Origin: an uncultured bacterium
Lineage (GTDB): Bacteria > Bacillota_I > Bacilli_A > RF39 > UBA660
NCBI GenBank assembly: GCA_947646655.1
Contig: CANSHI010000002.1
Coordinates: forward strand, 147,123 to 211,122
Length of the DNA stretch: 64,000 nt
Direction of reading: 5' to 3'
The position numbers and the translations under genes were made by a program. Below, piece by piece: positions 51,094-60,777 of this stretch. Below the pieces are notes generated by a model. That model saw nothing but the letters and a program-made list of their open reading frames with translations, was not told the DNA's origin and did not search any database. Each line of letters starts with the position of its first letter. The first letter of the stretch is position 1.

Positions 51094-51511
51094 GTGCTCA
51101 CAACTAAATATTACCAAAAATAGATGGTTTTGTCAAATCATTTTGTAAAAGTTTTATGATAATGTCAGTATAAATAGTTTTTTGAAAATGACAGTAAATT
51201 GATAAAATAAATAATGGTAATATCCCATATATATTATTTGGCTTTCTTTGTGATATTTGTTTATCTATTGGCCAAATAAAGGTAATAATAAATCTAACGA
51301 AATTGCTACAATACCTGAACTTTTAGGTATACGATGTTAAAGGCAAGATTATAACAATTAATGCTATCGGTACTCAAGAAGAAATTGACTCGTTATCTTT
51401 ATGATTTTCACAATATTGAGAATTTTATTTTCAACATTATTCCTTTTCTTTAGTATTTCTCTTTACGTCTTTTTTTATGTGATTGCCTTATGCGTTTGAT
51501 ATTAAAATACA

Positions 51512-51544
51512 AGTAGTAAATTAGTAGTAAATTAGTAGTAAACT
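51512..51544. repeat. 3 tandem copies of an 11-nt unit (AGTAGTAAATT)
   Basis: Seen directly, in the roughly 600-bp non-coding stretch between the Abi gene and repeat copy B. Confidence 0.8.
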
Positions 51545-51601
51545 GGTATATTCTTTTGCATAAGTCTATAAATAAAGTTTTTAATAATTAAATTACAATT
51601 T

Positions 51602-52030
51602 TTATGATAAAAGTTGTATTTTTATATATAAATTATTTTCTTCATTTTTTAAATTGTTTATATGAGTTTGGAGTATTTGGTTAATCGATGTATTTTCATA
51701 TTTCGCTTGTAAATCATTCATATATGTTAGGGCATCCTTTTTAAAGTTAAAAACTTTAATTTCATAATAGTCAGATACGACATGGTTTTTTGAGTAAAAG
51801 ACACCAACTCGATAGTCTAGAAGATTGATTGTTTCTAAACAGATTAAAACTTTTATATTAGAAAAATGGTATTCATTGATAATAAGCTTTTTAGCATTTT
51901 CAGCGGATATATTTTTAATTTTTGTTTTTGGATCGTAATGTTTTAATAAAGTATAATATTGTTTACGAAGGTTTTTAACTGATAATTCTTTTTGTATCAG
52001 GTAATCGAATGTGTCATCAATAATATGCAT
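51602..52030 (-). CDS. Hypothetical 142-aa protein (repeat copy B)
   Basis: Duplicate of 47837..48265. Confidence 0.55.
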   Translation of the reverse strand: MHIIDDTFDYLIQKELSVKNLRKQYYTLLKHYDPKTKIKNISAENAKKLIINEYHFSNIKVLICLETINLLDYRVGVFYSKNHVVSDYYEIKVFNFKKDALTYMNDLQAKYENTSINQILQTHINNLKNEENNLYIKIQLLS

Positions 52031-52133
52031 AGGCTGGCCTTTCTTGACTTTATTATATCACATTCTGCTCGTATTTAGGTCATTTTATCGAATAAAATAA
52101 AATTTTTTGCGAAAATTGTATATAAGGTGGTAT

Positions 52134-52595
52134 ATGATGAATAGCACAAGATTTACTGATTTACGTGAAGAATTGGAGCTAAGTAGGAAAGAGTTAGCTC
52201 AAAAGCTAGATGTTTCACCTTCTGTATATGGAAGATGGGAGAGAGCTAAGGCTACTATTCCAACAGAAAGAATGTATCAATTATCTAATTTTTATCGTGT
52301 TAATTTAGACTATTTACTTTCTTTTATAGATGATAAAGTTGAAATATTAAGTGATGACGAAATCGATATGGACTTAGTTTCTAAAAGAATAAAAGAGATT
52401 AGAACTGACACAGGTGAAACTTTAAGAGCTTTTGTCAAAAGATTAAATACTACGAATTCTACTTGGAGTGCATATGAAACTGGTAAAGTATTAATATTAG
52501 CAGACTTTTTGTTGGAAATATGTAAAAAGTATAATTATTCTGCTGATTGGATTTTAGGAAGATCTGATGTAAAGTTTAGAAATAATGAAGACTAA
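52134..52595 (+). CDS. Tandem-HTH XRE-family transcriptional regulator (repeat copy B)
   Basis: Duplicate of 48369..48830 with 2 aa substitutions. Confidence 0.7.
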   Translation: MMNSTRFTDLREELELSRKELAQKLDVSPSVYGRWERAKATIPTERMYQLSNFYRVNLDYLLSFIDDKVEILSDDEIDMDLVSKRIKEIRTDTGETLRAFVKRLNTTNSTWSAYETGKVLILADFLLEICKKYNYSADWILGRSDVKFRNNED

Positions 52596-52757
52596 AAATT
52601 CTTTTTAAAGTAAAGAAGAAAAATACGTGAAATAAATGAGATATTTAATCTTTAGATTAGTTATAAGAAAATATTTAAATAGTATTTTTTTTTTAAATTA
52701 TTTATTGTATAATATCCATAATGCATAGGTATTTTAGATTTTATACGGGAGGAACGC

Positions 52758-55058
52758 ATGTTAAAACTAACAAATATAAAAAAAGAATATCAGGGAAAAG
52801 TAGTTTTAGAAGATATAAATTTAGAGTTACCAAATAAAGGGTTAGTTTTATTAAAGGGTCAAAACGGCTCAGGTAAAACTACTTTATTAAATATAATTGG
52901 TGGACTTGAGACTCCCACAAGAGGTTATATAGAGATAGATAATAAAAAACTATCAGTAAGAGAAAAAGAACTTTGTAAGTATCGAGAGGAATATATAAGC
53001 TATATATTTCAAGAAAATAATTTATTTGATAATTTGAGTGTAGAAGAGAATATAAATATAACAGGTAAATCTGAAAAATTTGACGAGATAGTAGAAATAT
53101 TAAAACTAAGAAAACTATTAAATCAAAAGGCAAAAAGTTTATCAGGAGGGGAAAAACAGAGAGTAGCAATAGCAAGAGCAATTACAAAAAAGTCAAAAAT
53201 AATATTAGCGGATGAGCCGACTGCATCAATAGATGCGGAGTCTAAAGATATAATATTAAAATTACTTAAAGAGCTGAGTGAAAGTAGATTAGTAATTTTA
53301 ATATCTCATGATAAAATAGAAATACCTTATTTTGTAGATGAGACTATGTGTTTAAGTCAAGGTAAAGTAACTTTTATGAACAAAAAGAAAGAAAAAAAAG
53401 AAGAATTAGAAGATATTTCAAAATATTATAATAATTTTAACTGTTATCAGTTTACTTTTAAACATCTTTTTGTTAACAAAAAAATGCTAATAAGAAATAG
53501 CATAATTTTAATCTTTCTTATTTTCATACTTTTTATATCATTAATTATCTCTTTTGAGAATATAATGGATGTTCATATTAACACTTTGTTAGCAGAAAAC
53601 GATACTTCATTGATGATTAGTAAACAAAAAGAGTTGGAAGATTTTTCGTGGATAAATGATCGTGATGGCTTTTTAGAAGAGGATCTTGAATATTTTGATG
53701 ATTTAAAATTTAAAAATTCTTTTATTGATCTTAAAACTATACAAGCTCATTACGAACCGGTAAAGTTTGAGATACCTTTTTTACCAGGAAATAGTTATTT
53801 GATCAATCTTAATCAGTTATATTATGCTTCCGATAATTATATTAATCCGAAATATGGAAAAAAGCCTACCTATAAAAATGAAATTGTAATTTCTACATAT
53901 TTAGCAGATAGTATAGTAGAATTTGGAATAATTGATAGTCAAGAAGAAACATTTTATCCTAAAAATTATGAAGATTTATTAAAAACAGATAAATATTTAA
54001 AATTAGGGCCTGCAGACGTTAAAATTGTAGGAATATACGAACTAGATTTGAATAATTATAATAACATAAAAACTGGTAATTTTAATGCAGAACAATATGA
54101 AATATTTAAAAGATATGTTAATAAGTATGCTAGTATTGTGTATGTAAAAGACAGTTTTTATGATCTGTATAAGGATTTAGAATCTTTGCTATATCAAGAT
54201 ACAAAATTTTACATATTAGAAGAAGAATTTACTTATAATATAAATGTTTTTAATAAACCTATAATATTGGAGAATGGAAATACTATAAATGAATTAGCTG
54301 ATAACGAAATTATAATTGGTGAAGAGATTATAAAATTATTAAATGTTAGTAGTAATAGCGTAGACGAAAGTATAGTCTTAACTATAAAATCAAATACTGC
54401 AGGAGTAAAAAAAGATTTATCATTTAAAATAGTTGGAGTATCACAAGCTAATGAAATATATATTAACGAAAGAAATGTTAGTGATTTTTATTCTAAAAAT
54501 ATTGTAGTTAGCAATGTTTTAGTCAACGGATATAGTAAAGAAGATTTAAAAAATATTTTTAATATTTTTCCTTACTACAATAATAAATATATATTATCAA
54601 CTTGTTTTAGTGAAAAATATATTATTATAGAAAAAGAGATAAAAATTATTAAAATTGTGTTAATTATTTTTTCTATAATTTTAATAAGTATAATTATAAT
54701 TTGTGTTATAAATTATTTATTTGATAGTATTGAATTGCACAAATCTGATATATCAATACTTAAATCGTTAGGTATACATGATTCAAAAATAATGTCTTTA
54801 TTTTTTATCGAATCATTTATTGTATTGTTTATTTCTTATATAATAGCTATAGGAATATTTTTACCGATCAGATTGATGTTTAATGTTTATTTTTCTACTA
54901 AAGTAGCATTTAAATGTGAGATTATTCATAATAGTATTTTTATAATAATATTATCGGGAATAATATTATTAATGGCTGATTCGGCTATATTATTTCGTAT
55001 ATTAAATAAAATTAAAAATATATCTCCTAAGGTTATTACAGGAAGTAGTGAATTATAA
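52758..55058 (+). CDS. Fused ABC transporter: ATP-binding domain plus FtsX/MacB-like permease, paralogue 1
   Basis: Walker A GQNGSGKTT, signature LSGGEKQR, Walker B ILADEP; the C-terminal half has an N-proximal TM, a large extracytoplasmic domain and a C-terminal 3-TM bundle; RBS GGGAGGAA. Confidence 0.8.
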   Translation: MLKLTNIKKEYQGKVVLEDINLELPNKGLVLLKGQNGSGKTTLLNIIGGLETPTRGYIEIDNKKLSVREKELCKYREEYISYIFQENNLFDNLSVEENINITGKSEKFDEIVEILKLRKLLNQKAKSLSGGEKQRVAIARAITKKSKIILADEPTASIDAESKDIILKLLKELSESRLVILISHDKIEIPYFVDETMCLSQGKVTFMNKKKEKKEELEDISKYYNNFNCYQFTFKHLFVNKKMLIRNSIILIFLIFILFISLIISFENIMDVHINTLLAENDTSLMISKQKELEDFSWINDRDGFLEEDLEYFDDLKFKNSFIDLKTIQAHYEPVKFEIPFLPGNSYLINLNQLYYASDNYINPKYGKKPTYKNEIVISTYLADSIVEFGIIDSQEETFYPKNYEDLLKTDKYLKLGPADVKIVGIYELDLNNYNNIKTGNFNAEQYEIFKRYVNKYASIVYVKDSFYDLYKDLESLLYQDTKFYILEEEFTYNINVFNKPIILENGNTINELADNEIIIGEEIIKLLNVSSNSVDESIVLTIKSNTAGVKKDLSFKIVGVSQANEIYINERNVSDFYSKNIVVSNVLVNGYSKEDLKNIFNIFPYYNNKYILSTCFSEKYIIIEKEIKIIKIVLIIFSIILISIIIICVINYLFDSIELHKSDISILKSLGIHDSKIMSLFFIESFIVLFISYIIAIGIFLPIRLMFNVYFSTKVAFKCEIIHNSIFIIILSGIILLMADSAILFRILNKIKNISPKVITGSSEL

Positions 55059-55217
55059 AGTTTTCTTGTCTTGTAATTATTCTTAAAAAAAAACTGTCAA
55101 AATGGTTTTTGGCAGATATTAGAAACTTTTTATAGACTTTATTCGTTATTTGAGTTATACTTGTCCTAGAAATACTAAACTATAAAATAGTGGTATAGAA
55201 TTAGGATAGTGAATAGC

Positions 55218-57500
55218 ATGTTAAAGCTAACAAATATAAAAAAAGAATATCAGGGAAAAGTAGTTTTAGAAGATATAAATTTAGAGTTACCAAATAAAGG
55301 GTTAGTTTTATTAAAGGGTCAAAACGGCTCAGGTAAAACTACTTTATTAAATATAATTGGTGGACTTGAGACTCCCACAAGAGGTTATATAGAGATAGAT
55401 AATAAAAAACTATCAGTAAGAGAAAAAGAACTTTGTAAGTATCGAGAGGAATATATAAGCTATATATTTCAAGAAAATAATTTATTTGATAATTTGAGTG
55501 TAGAAGAGAATATAAATATAACAGGTAAATCTGAAAAATTTGACGAGATAGTAGAAATATTAAAACTAAGAAAACTATTAAATCAAAAGGCAAAAAGTTT
55601 ATCAGGAGGGGAAAAACAGAGAGTAGCAATAGCAAGAGCAATTACAAAAAAGTCAAAAATAATATTAGCGGATGAGCCGACTGCATCAATAGATGCGGAG
55701 TCTAAAGATATAATATTAAAATTACTTAAAGAGCTGAGTGAAAGTAGATTAGTAATTTTAATATCTCATGATAAAATAGAAATACCTTATTTTGTAGATG
55801 AGACTATATGTTTAAGTCATGGTAAAGTAAGTTTTATGAGAAGACTAAATATTGATATTGCAACTTCTAAAATAAACAATAGAAATAATGTATACAATTT
55901 TAATATCTTAAGTTTTACGAAAAAAAATTTTATAACTGACAAAAAGAAAACTGTCAGAAACAGTATTTTACTGCTGATTACATTTTTGTTTCTGCTGTTA
56001 ATATCCTCTATCTCAAGCATCGATTTTAAAATGATGTTAGTTGACACCTTAACTTTGGAAAAAGATAATTTGTTAATGTTTAATAAATCAAACAGTACAA
56101 TTAATGATTTCAAGGAACAAGAAATAGTTTTTTTTAAAAATAATATTAATTCGGAAAAATTAGAATTAGGCTATAGTATAGAAGATAATTATAAATCAAT
56201 CAATTTTGAGATTAACTATAATTTTGGCAAATCATTAAATAATTTATATTTTTTGAATGCTAAGTTTATAGAACCAGATTACGGAACTAAGCCAATGAAA
56301 GATGATGAAATTGTTATATCGTCATACTTAGCTGATTTAATTATTCAGTCTAATGTTGATAACAATATAAATAGTTCTACTAATTATGAAACTTTAGTTA
56401 ATGGATTTTCGTTGAAATTAGGTAATCACTTAGTTCGTATTGTTGGAATATATAAAGTTAATTTGCCATCGTTACAAGAAATGAAAGTAAAAAATATTTA
56501 TAAGCAAGAAATATATGAAGAGATTATTAAAAATAGTGCAAGTAACATATATGTAACAGATAACTTTTTTAATATTTATGATGACTTAAATAAAGTAATT
56601 GATGTGGAGAATTATGTTTTTCCTTATAAAGAGTTTCAACCTAATCAAACTTCCTTTGGTGGATATGATCCGCATTCATTTAAAATTTTTAAAAATTCCG
56701 TAAATCTAGTAGATGGGACACTTATAAAAGGCATAGATGATCATGAAATTATTGTAAACACTGATGTATTAAATTATGAACATTTAAAGGTTAATGATTG
56801 TATTGGTAAAGAAATAATATTTAATATAGGTGATAATAATTATAATAACATTGGTAAAATTAAAGGTGTTATTAAGGGAGTATCAGCTGATAATAATATA
56901 TATATAAATCAGAGCAATATTCCTGAATATTTGACTAGTAATATAAAAATTAGAAAAGTAATGATTCATGAGGATAATCGAGAATTATTAGAAAGTTTAA
57001 TTACAAATGATCCTTTATCTTTTAATGAAAATACTTATGTAGTTTGGACTAATTATAGTAAAAAATTTGAAAATTTGAAATATACAATTGAAGTATTAAA
57101 AAATATTTCAATCGTAATCACAATAATTTTTTTAGTAATATCTGTAGCGTTCTTATTTAATTATGTTAAATCTAATATTGAATTACATAAAAAAGATATA
57201 GCCATTTTAAAATCATTAGGCATATCAAATGTTAAAATAATGCAATCTTTTCTTTATAAATCGATAAACTTAACTATAGTGGCATTAATTTATTCTTTAT
57301 TTTCATTTGTTATCATACGATTTATAATCAATGTGACAGTTAGTAATATTTTGGCCTTTAAAACAAATATTATTCCATTACGCTGGTATCTGTTATTGTT
57401 AATCCCTATTTTATCTTTATTGATAAATTGTTTAATATCTTTATTAACCTTTAATAAGATTAATAAGATATATCCTCAAACTTTATTAAAGAAGTTTTAA
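55218..57500 (+). CDS. Fused ABC transporter: ATP-binding domain plus FtsX/MacB-like permease, paralogue 2
   Basis: The first roughly 200 aa are identical to paralogue 1 and the permease half is divergent; the start is placed at MLKLTN by analogy, whereas the track starts 3 codons earlier. Confidence 0.8.
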   Translation: MLKLTNIKKEYQGKVVLEDINLELPNKGLVLLKGQNGSGKTTLLNIIGGLETPTRGYIEIDNKKLSVREKELCKYREEYISYIFQENNLFDNLSVEENINITGKSEKFDEIVEILKLRKLLNQKAKSLSGGEKQRVAIARAITKKSKIILADEPTASIDAESKDIILKLLKELSESRLVILISHDKIEIPYFVDETICLSHGKVSFMRRLNIDIATSKINNRNNVYNFNILSFTKKNFITDKKKTVRNSILLLITFLFLLLISSISSIDFKMMLVDTLTLEKDNLLMFNKSNSTINDFKEQEIVFFKNNINSEKLELGYSIEDNYKSINFEINYNFGKSLNNLYFLNAKFIEPDYGTKPMKDDEIVISSYLADLIIQSNVDNNINSSTNYETLVNGFSLKLGNHLVRIVGIYKVNLPSLQEMKVKNIYKQEIYEEIIKNSASNIYVTDNFFNIYDDLNKVIDVENYVFPYKEFQPNQTSFGGYDPHSFKIFKNSVNLVDGTLIKGIDDHEIIVNTDVLNYEHLKVNDCIGKEIIFNIGDNNYNNIGKIKGVIKGVSADNNIYINQSNIPEYLTSNIKIRKVMIHEDNRELLESLITNDPLSFNENTYVVWTNYSKKFENLKYTIEVLKNISIVITIIFLVISVAFLFNYVKSNIELHKKDIAILKSLGISNVKIMQSFLYKSINLTIVALIYSLFSFVIIRFIINVTVSNILAFKTNIIPLRWYLLLLIPILSLLINCLISLLTFNKINKIYPQTLLKKF

Positions 57501-57558
57501 TTGGTTTGTATTTTAATTTAATATATTAGAATATAAATAGAAAGAAGGTAAAGACTTT

Positions 57559-58035
57559 ATGAAAATGAAAAAAATTTTGTTAATTGCTTTTGCATTTGTT
57601 GCTAGCATATTTGTGGCACAAGATGTTCATGCTGCGTCATATACAATAAATTTTAATAATTTTAACAATTATCAAAATCTTGGAGCTGCTTCGACTTTTG
57701 GTGGAATTAGCCGGATTAAATATGTCAAAGTTAATGTAACTAGTACAACAGGTAAATATACCGTTGAATTTGGAAGACAAATAGCATCTGCTGGCAGTTA
57801 TGAGATGGTTTCACAAGCTATTTCTACCTATAATGGTGCAAGCACTATTTATTTCATTCCTCAAAGCATGAGTTGTCCATCAGGATATACAACATGTGTG
57901 ACAGTTTCAGAATCAAAGCCAGGAGTTAGTCATGATTATATTTCTGATAATACATTAAGATCAATCGTATATCTAAAGAGTAAAGCAGTTTTAGGATCAT
58001 CAAAGATGACGGGTTCAATTACAGTATATAATTAA
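57559..58035 (+). CDS. Small secreted protein (signal peptide, Cys pair)
   Basis: MKMKKILLIAFAFVASIFVAQDVHA/AS signal peptide; about 130-aa mature part with CPSGYTTC; RBS GAAAGAAGG. Confidence 0.55.
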   Translation: MKMKKILLIAFAFVASIFVAQDVHAASYTINFNNFNNYQNLGAASTFGGISRIKYVKVNVTSTTGKYTVEFGRQIASAGSYEMVSQAISTYNGASTIYFIPQSMSCPSGYTTCVTVSESKPGVSHDYISDNTLRSIVYLKSKAVLGSSKMTGSITVYN

Positions 58036-58239
58036 AAAGTTAAACTATCAATTGATAAAATTGGTAGTTTTATTAATAGCTTTCGAATTTTATTGCTATT
58101 ATTTTTGCTCGTAACCATTAACATTTTTAAAATTCTTTTTATATCCTATAATTGGCATTTTTACCTTCTAAAATTAAAACCACTTATCTAGTTTAAGTGG
58201 TTCATATATTAACTACAAAATTTTGTAGTACCAGTCTAT

Positions 58240-58314
58240 TGGAGGAACCGACCAGATTTGAACTGGTGATCAGGGTGTTGCAGACCCACGCCTTACCACT
58301 TGGCTACGGTTCCA
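58240..58314 (-). tRNA. tRNA-Cys (anticodon GCA)
   Basis: The minus strand reads GGAACCG-TA-GCCAAGTGGTAAGGC-G-TGGGT-CTGCAAC-ACCCT-GATC-ACCAGTTCAAATCTGGT-CGGTTCC-T-CCA, a cloverleaf with a TTCAAAT T-loop, anticodon loop CU-GCA-AC, and encoded CCA. Confidence 0.85.
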
Positions 58315-58547
58315 TTATTGTGAAAATAGAGTTTTCACAGATAATTGTATTTTACAATATTATATTATTAAAGTCAATGCATTTTGTTGTCTGACCATTA
58401 TATTTTATGCGATTTTAAACTGAAAATGATTATAAATTTATTTTCATTATTATTTTTGCTGAAATTCTAACAATCATAATTAATTTTAATATATAAATAT
58501 ATTTATATTTAAGTAATAAAAAAGAGTCTAATAATAAACTCAAATAT

Positions 58548-59057
58548 TTATTCAAAGTAAATAGAATTAAGAATCATTTTTATATCTTCTAAATCATAAA
58601 ATTGCTTAGTTATACGGATAAGATATACTTTTCCGTTATGATATAAATTTAACTCGTTAAAAGAATCTATATTTAAAGTTTCATTACTATAAAGGCCTTT
58701 TAAATCACCCTTTATTTCATAAAAAATTTTGTGTGATTGATTTTTTCCTGAACTCGTGAAATATTTTGACCAGTGTAACATCTTAATTTTAGAAATGCTT
58801 GATAATATATTTGGTTTTTTATCTTTATTAGTTTCGGCATATTTTACTAAATCTAATTCTTCTTTTATATCATATTTTTTGGTTAGATAATTAATATCTT
58901 TTTCAGTCGTATTTTCTATTACATAAGGAAAGTCATCGTCATAAACTGTTACCCAAAAATGAATTTTACCTTCGGCTTTATAAAAGTATCCAATTTCTCC
59001 TCTATCCGAAGTTACCGAAGTCTCTTCATAAATTTTATCTCCTAAACGAATATGCAT
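58548..59057 (-). CDS. Hypothetical protein
   Basis: 169 aa, no motif; weak RBS. Confidence 0.45.
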   Translation of the reverse strand: MHIRLGDKIYEETSVTSDRGEIGYFYKAEGKIHFWVTVYDDDFPYVIENTTEKDINYLTKKYDIKEELDLVKYAETNKDKKPNILSSISKIKMLHWSKYFTSSGKNQSHKIFYEIKGDLKGLYSNETLNIDSFNELNLYHNGKVYLIRITKQFYDLEDIKMILNSIYFE

Positions 59058-59075
59058 ACCTTCAATTATTTTGTT

Positions 59076-59255
59076 TTAAAGACTTCTGTCAGTTTGCACA
59101 TTAATCGGATCCGCTAGCTCTACTTTAGTATCATAGTTTGCACATGGGTACTTTATATTTAAAAGATATAACTTAAATACTATAAAACTTCCTGTTAGGA
59201 TAAATAATATTAGACTAAATACGATTATATATACTATTTTTTTACTATGTTTCAT
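59076..59255 (-). CDS. Possible 59-aa single-TM small protein; below the track cutoff
   Basis: My manual minus-strand translation is MKHSKKIVYIIVFSLILFILTGSFIVFKLYLLNIKYPCANYDTKVELADPINVQTDRSL; it ends 18 nt before the start of the next gene. Confidence 0.3.
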   Translation of the reverse strand: MKHSKKIVYIIVFSLILFILTGSFIVFKLYLLNIKYPCANYDTKVELADPINVQTDRSL

Positions 59256-59436
59256 TAATATTCTCTAAACTTTCTATCATAACTATATCATACTTTAGTC
59301 TCTTTTCCTACGAGATATTTAGAAGGTTGACAAAGTTGATGGTAAAAGCACCTAATAATATGTGATAAATGTAATTTATTGCTTAACTAAATGATCCTAT
59401 GTTATAATATGAACTGATCACTGAGGTGAGATTCCG

Positions 59437-60777
59437 ATGAAAAAAATAGTAATTATTATTTTATTTTTAATGATGGTTTCAGGTTGCTCTCTTAAGTTAA
59501 AAAGTGAAGAAGAATTGAAGAAAAGTATTATTTATAACATAGAAAAAATTTCACATAGAGCCACCAAAAATTCTAGTTATGATTATGTAAACAATAAATA
59601 CTTTAGAAAAATCATAAAGAATGGCTACGATGTAGTCCCAATAATGTTACAAATGTATTATGATGATGAATTTAATGAAGTGGGTAAATATGTGGCAGCT
59701 TTTGCTATTCAAGAAGTTACAGATTGTAATATTTTTGAAATTTATGGACTAATTTGGGATCATCCTGATGAATTTTTTGAAATATGGAAAAACAATAATT
59801 GCTATGGAATGCAAGATTCGATGAATGAAAATTTTAATGCCTTGCTAGAAAAATATTCTGACTTTTCTAAAGTTGTTAAAGAATGTAAAATTAACTTACC
59901 AATATTTCATAATATGATTCCACAGGGTATAACTGAAATGGGTAAATATTATTTAATCACAGCTTACGACAGCATGGAAGAAAATAATTCTCAGGTTTAT
60001 GTATTAGATAAAGAAGGGAAAATTTTTAATATAGTAAATTTAGATACCAACTCACATGTGGGCGGTATAGAATATGACAAATATAATGACTTCGTATGGA
60101 TACCAGGAAATAAGGGGAAACTAAATGTTTATAATGGTAAAGATTTTTTAACTAATAAAGAAGTTAAGTCTATATTTAAAATTGAAAATATGAGTGAGGG
60201 GTTAGTTAATTATCAAAATAAAGGAAAAAATCAAATAGCTTATTTAAGTGTTATAGAAAATCGTCTTTATATAGGAAGTTTTTCTTTATTTAAAAAAGGG
60301 TTAGTGAAAGAATATAAAATTACTAATGAAAATAATAATCTAGAATTAATTTTTAATCGTTCTTTTTCAGTTCCAAGTAAAGTTCAAGGAATAACTTTTT
60401 ATAAAAAGAGTGATATATATTTTATGATTTTAAGTAGATCATATGGAAGGCATAATTCTTCATATTTAAATGTTTTTGAGTTTGATGAAAATATTGAAGA
60501 TTATACTTCTTCTGATATCATTAAGCTATCTTTAAAACTTCCTCCTATGTTGGAACAAGTTTCTATGAAAAGTGAATTATATTCTATATTTGAATCCAAT
60601 GCGAAGAAGTATAATAACTGTTTAGAAAAGATAGGAAATATATGTATTTTGAATGTGGAAGATTTAATCGAAAGCTTTATTGTACAAAAAAATATTAAAG
60701 AAGAAGAACTGGCAAAAAAGGAAAAGGAAGCTGATCGATTAAAAGATAAAGCTAAGAAAAGTAAAGGGAAAAAATGA
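59437..60777 (+). CDS. Hypothetical lipoprotein with a Lys-rich C-terminal tail
   Basis: Lipobox MMVSGCS; 446 aa; RBS GAGGTGAG; ATGA overlap with ogt. Confidence 0.6.
   Translation: MKKIVIIILFLMMVSGCSLKLKSEEELKKSIIYNIEKISHRATKNSSYDYVNNKYFRKIIKNGYDVVPIMLQMYYDDEFNEVGKYVAAFAIQEVTDCNIFEIYGLIWDHPDEFFEIWKNNNCYGMQDSMNENFNALLEKYSDFSKVVKECKINLPIFHNMIPQGITEMGKYYLITAYDSMEENNSQVYVLDKEGKIFNIVNLDTNSHVGGIEYDKYNDFVWIPGNKGKLNVYNGKDFLTNKEVKSIFKIENMSEGLVNYQNKGKNQIAYLSVIENRLYIGSFSLFKKGLVKEYKITNENNNLELIFNRSFSVPSKVQGITFYKKSDIYFMILSRSYGRHNSSYLNVFEFDENIEDYTSSDIIKLSLKLPPMLEQVSMKSELYSIFESNAKKYNNCLEKIGNICILNVEDLIESFIVQKNIKEEELAKKEKEADRLKDKAKKSKGKK

Larger units (their letters stand above)
51600..52600 (+). repeat. Direct repeat copy B
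   Basis: See copy A. Confidence 0.9.

Noticed and set aside
52879-55641. Identical 100-aa minus-strand ORFs at 52879..53181 and 55339..55641
   Set aside because: They are identical only because they lie antisense within the duplicated ABC ATPase segment. They are not independent genes.
58197-58394. A 65-aa plus-strand ORF
   Set aside because: It overlaps the tRNA-Cys gene on the opposite strand and is spurious.
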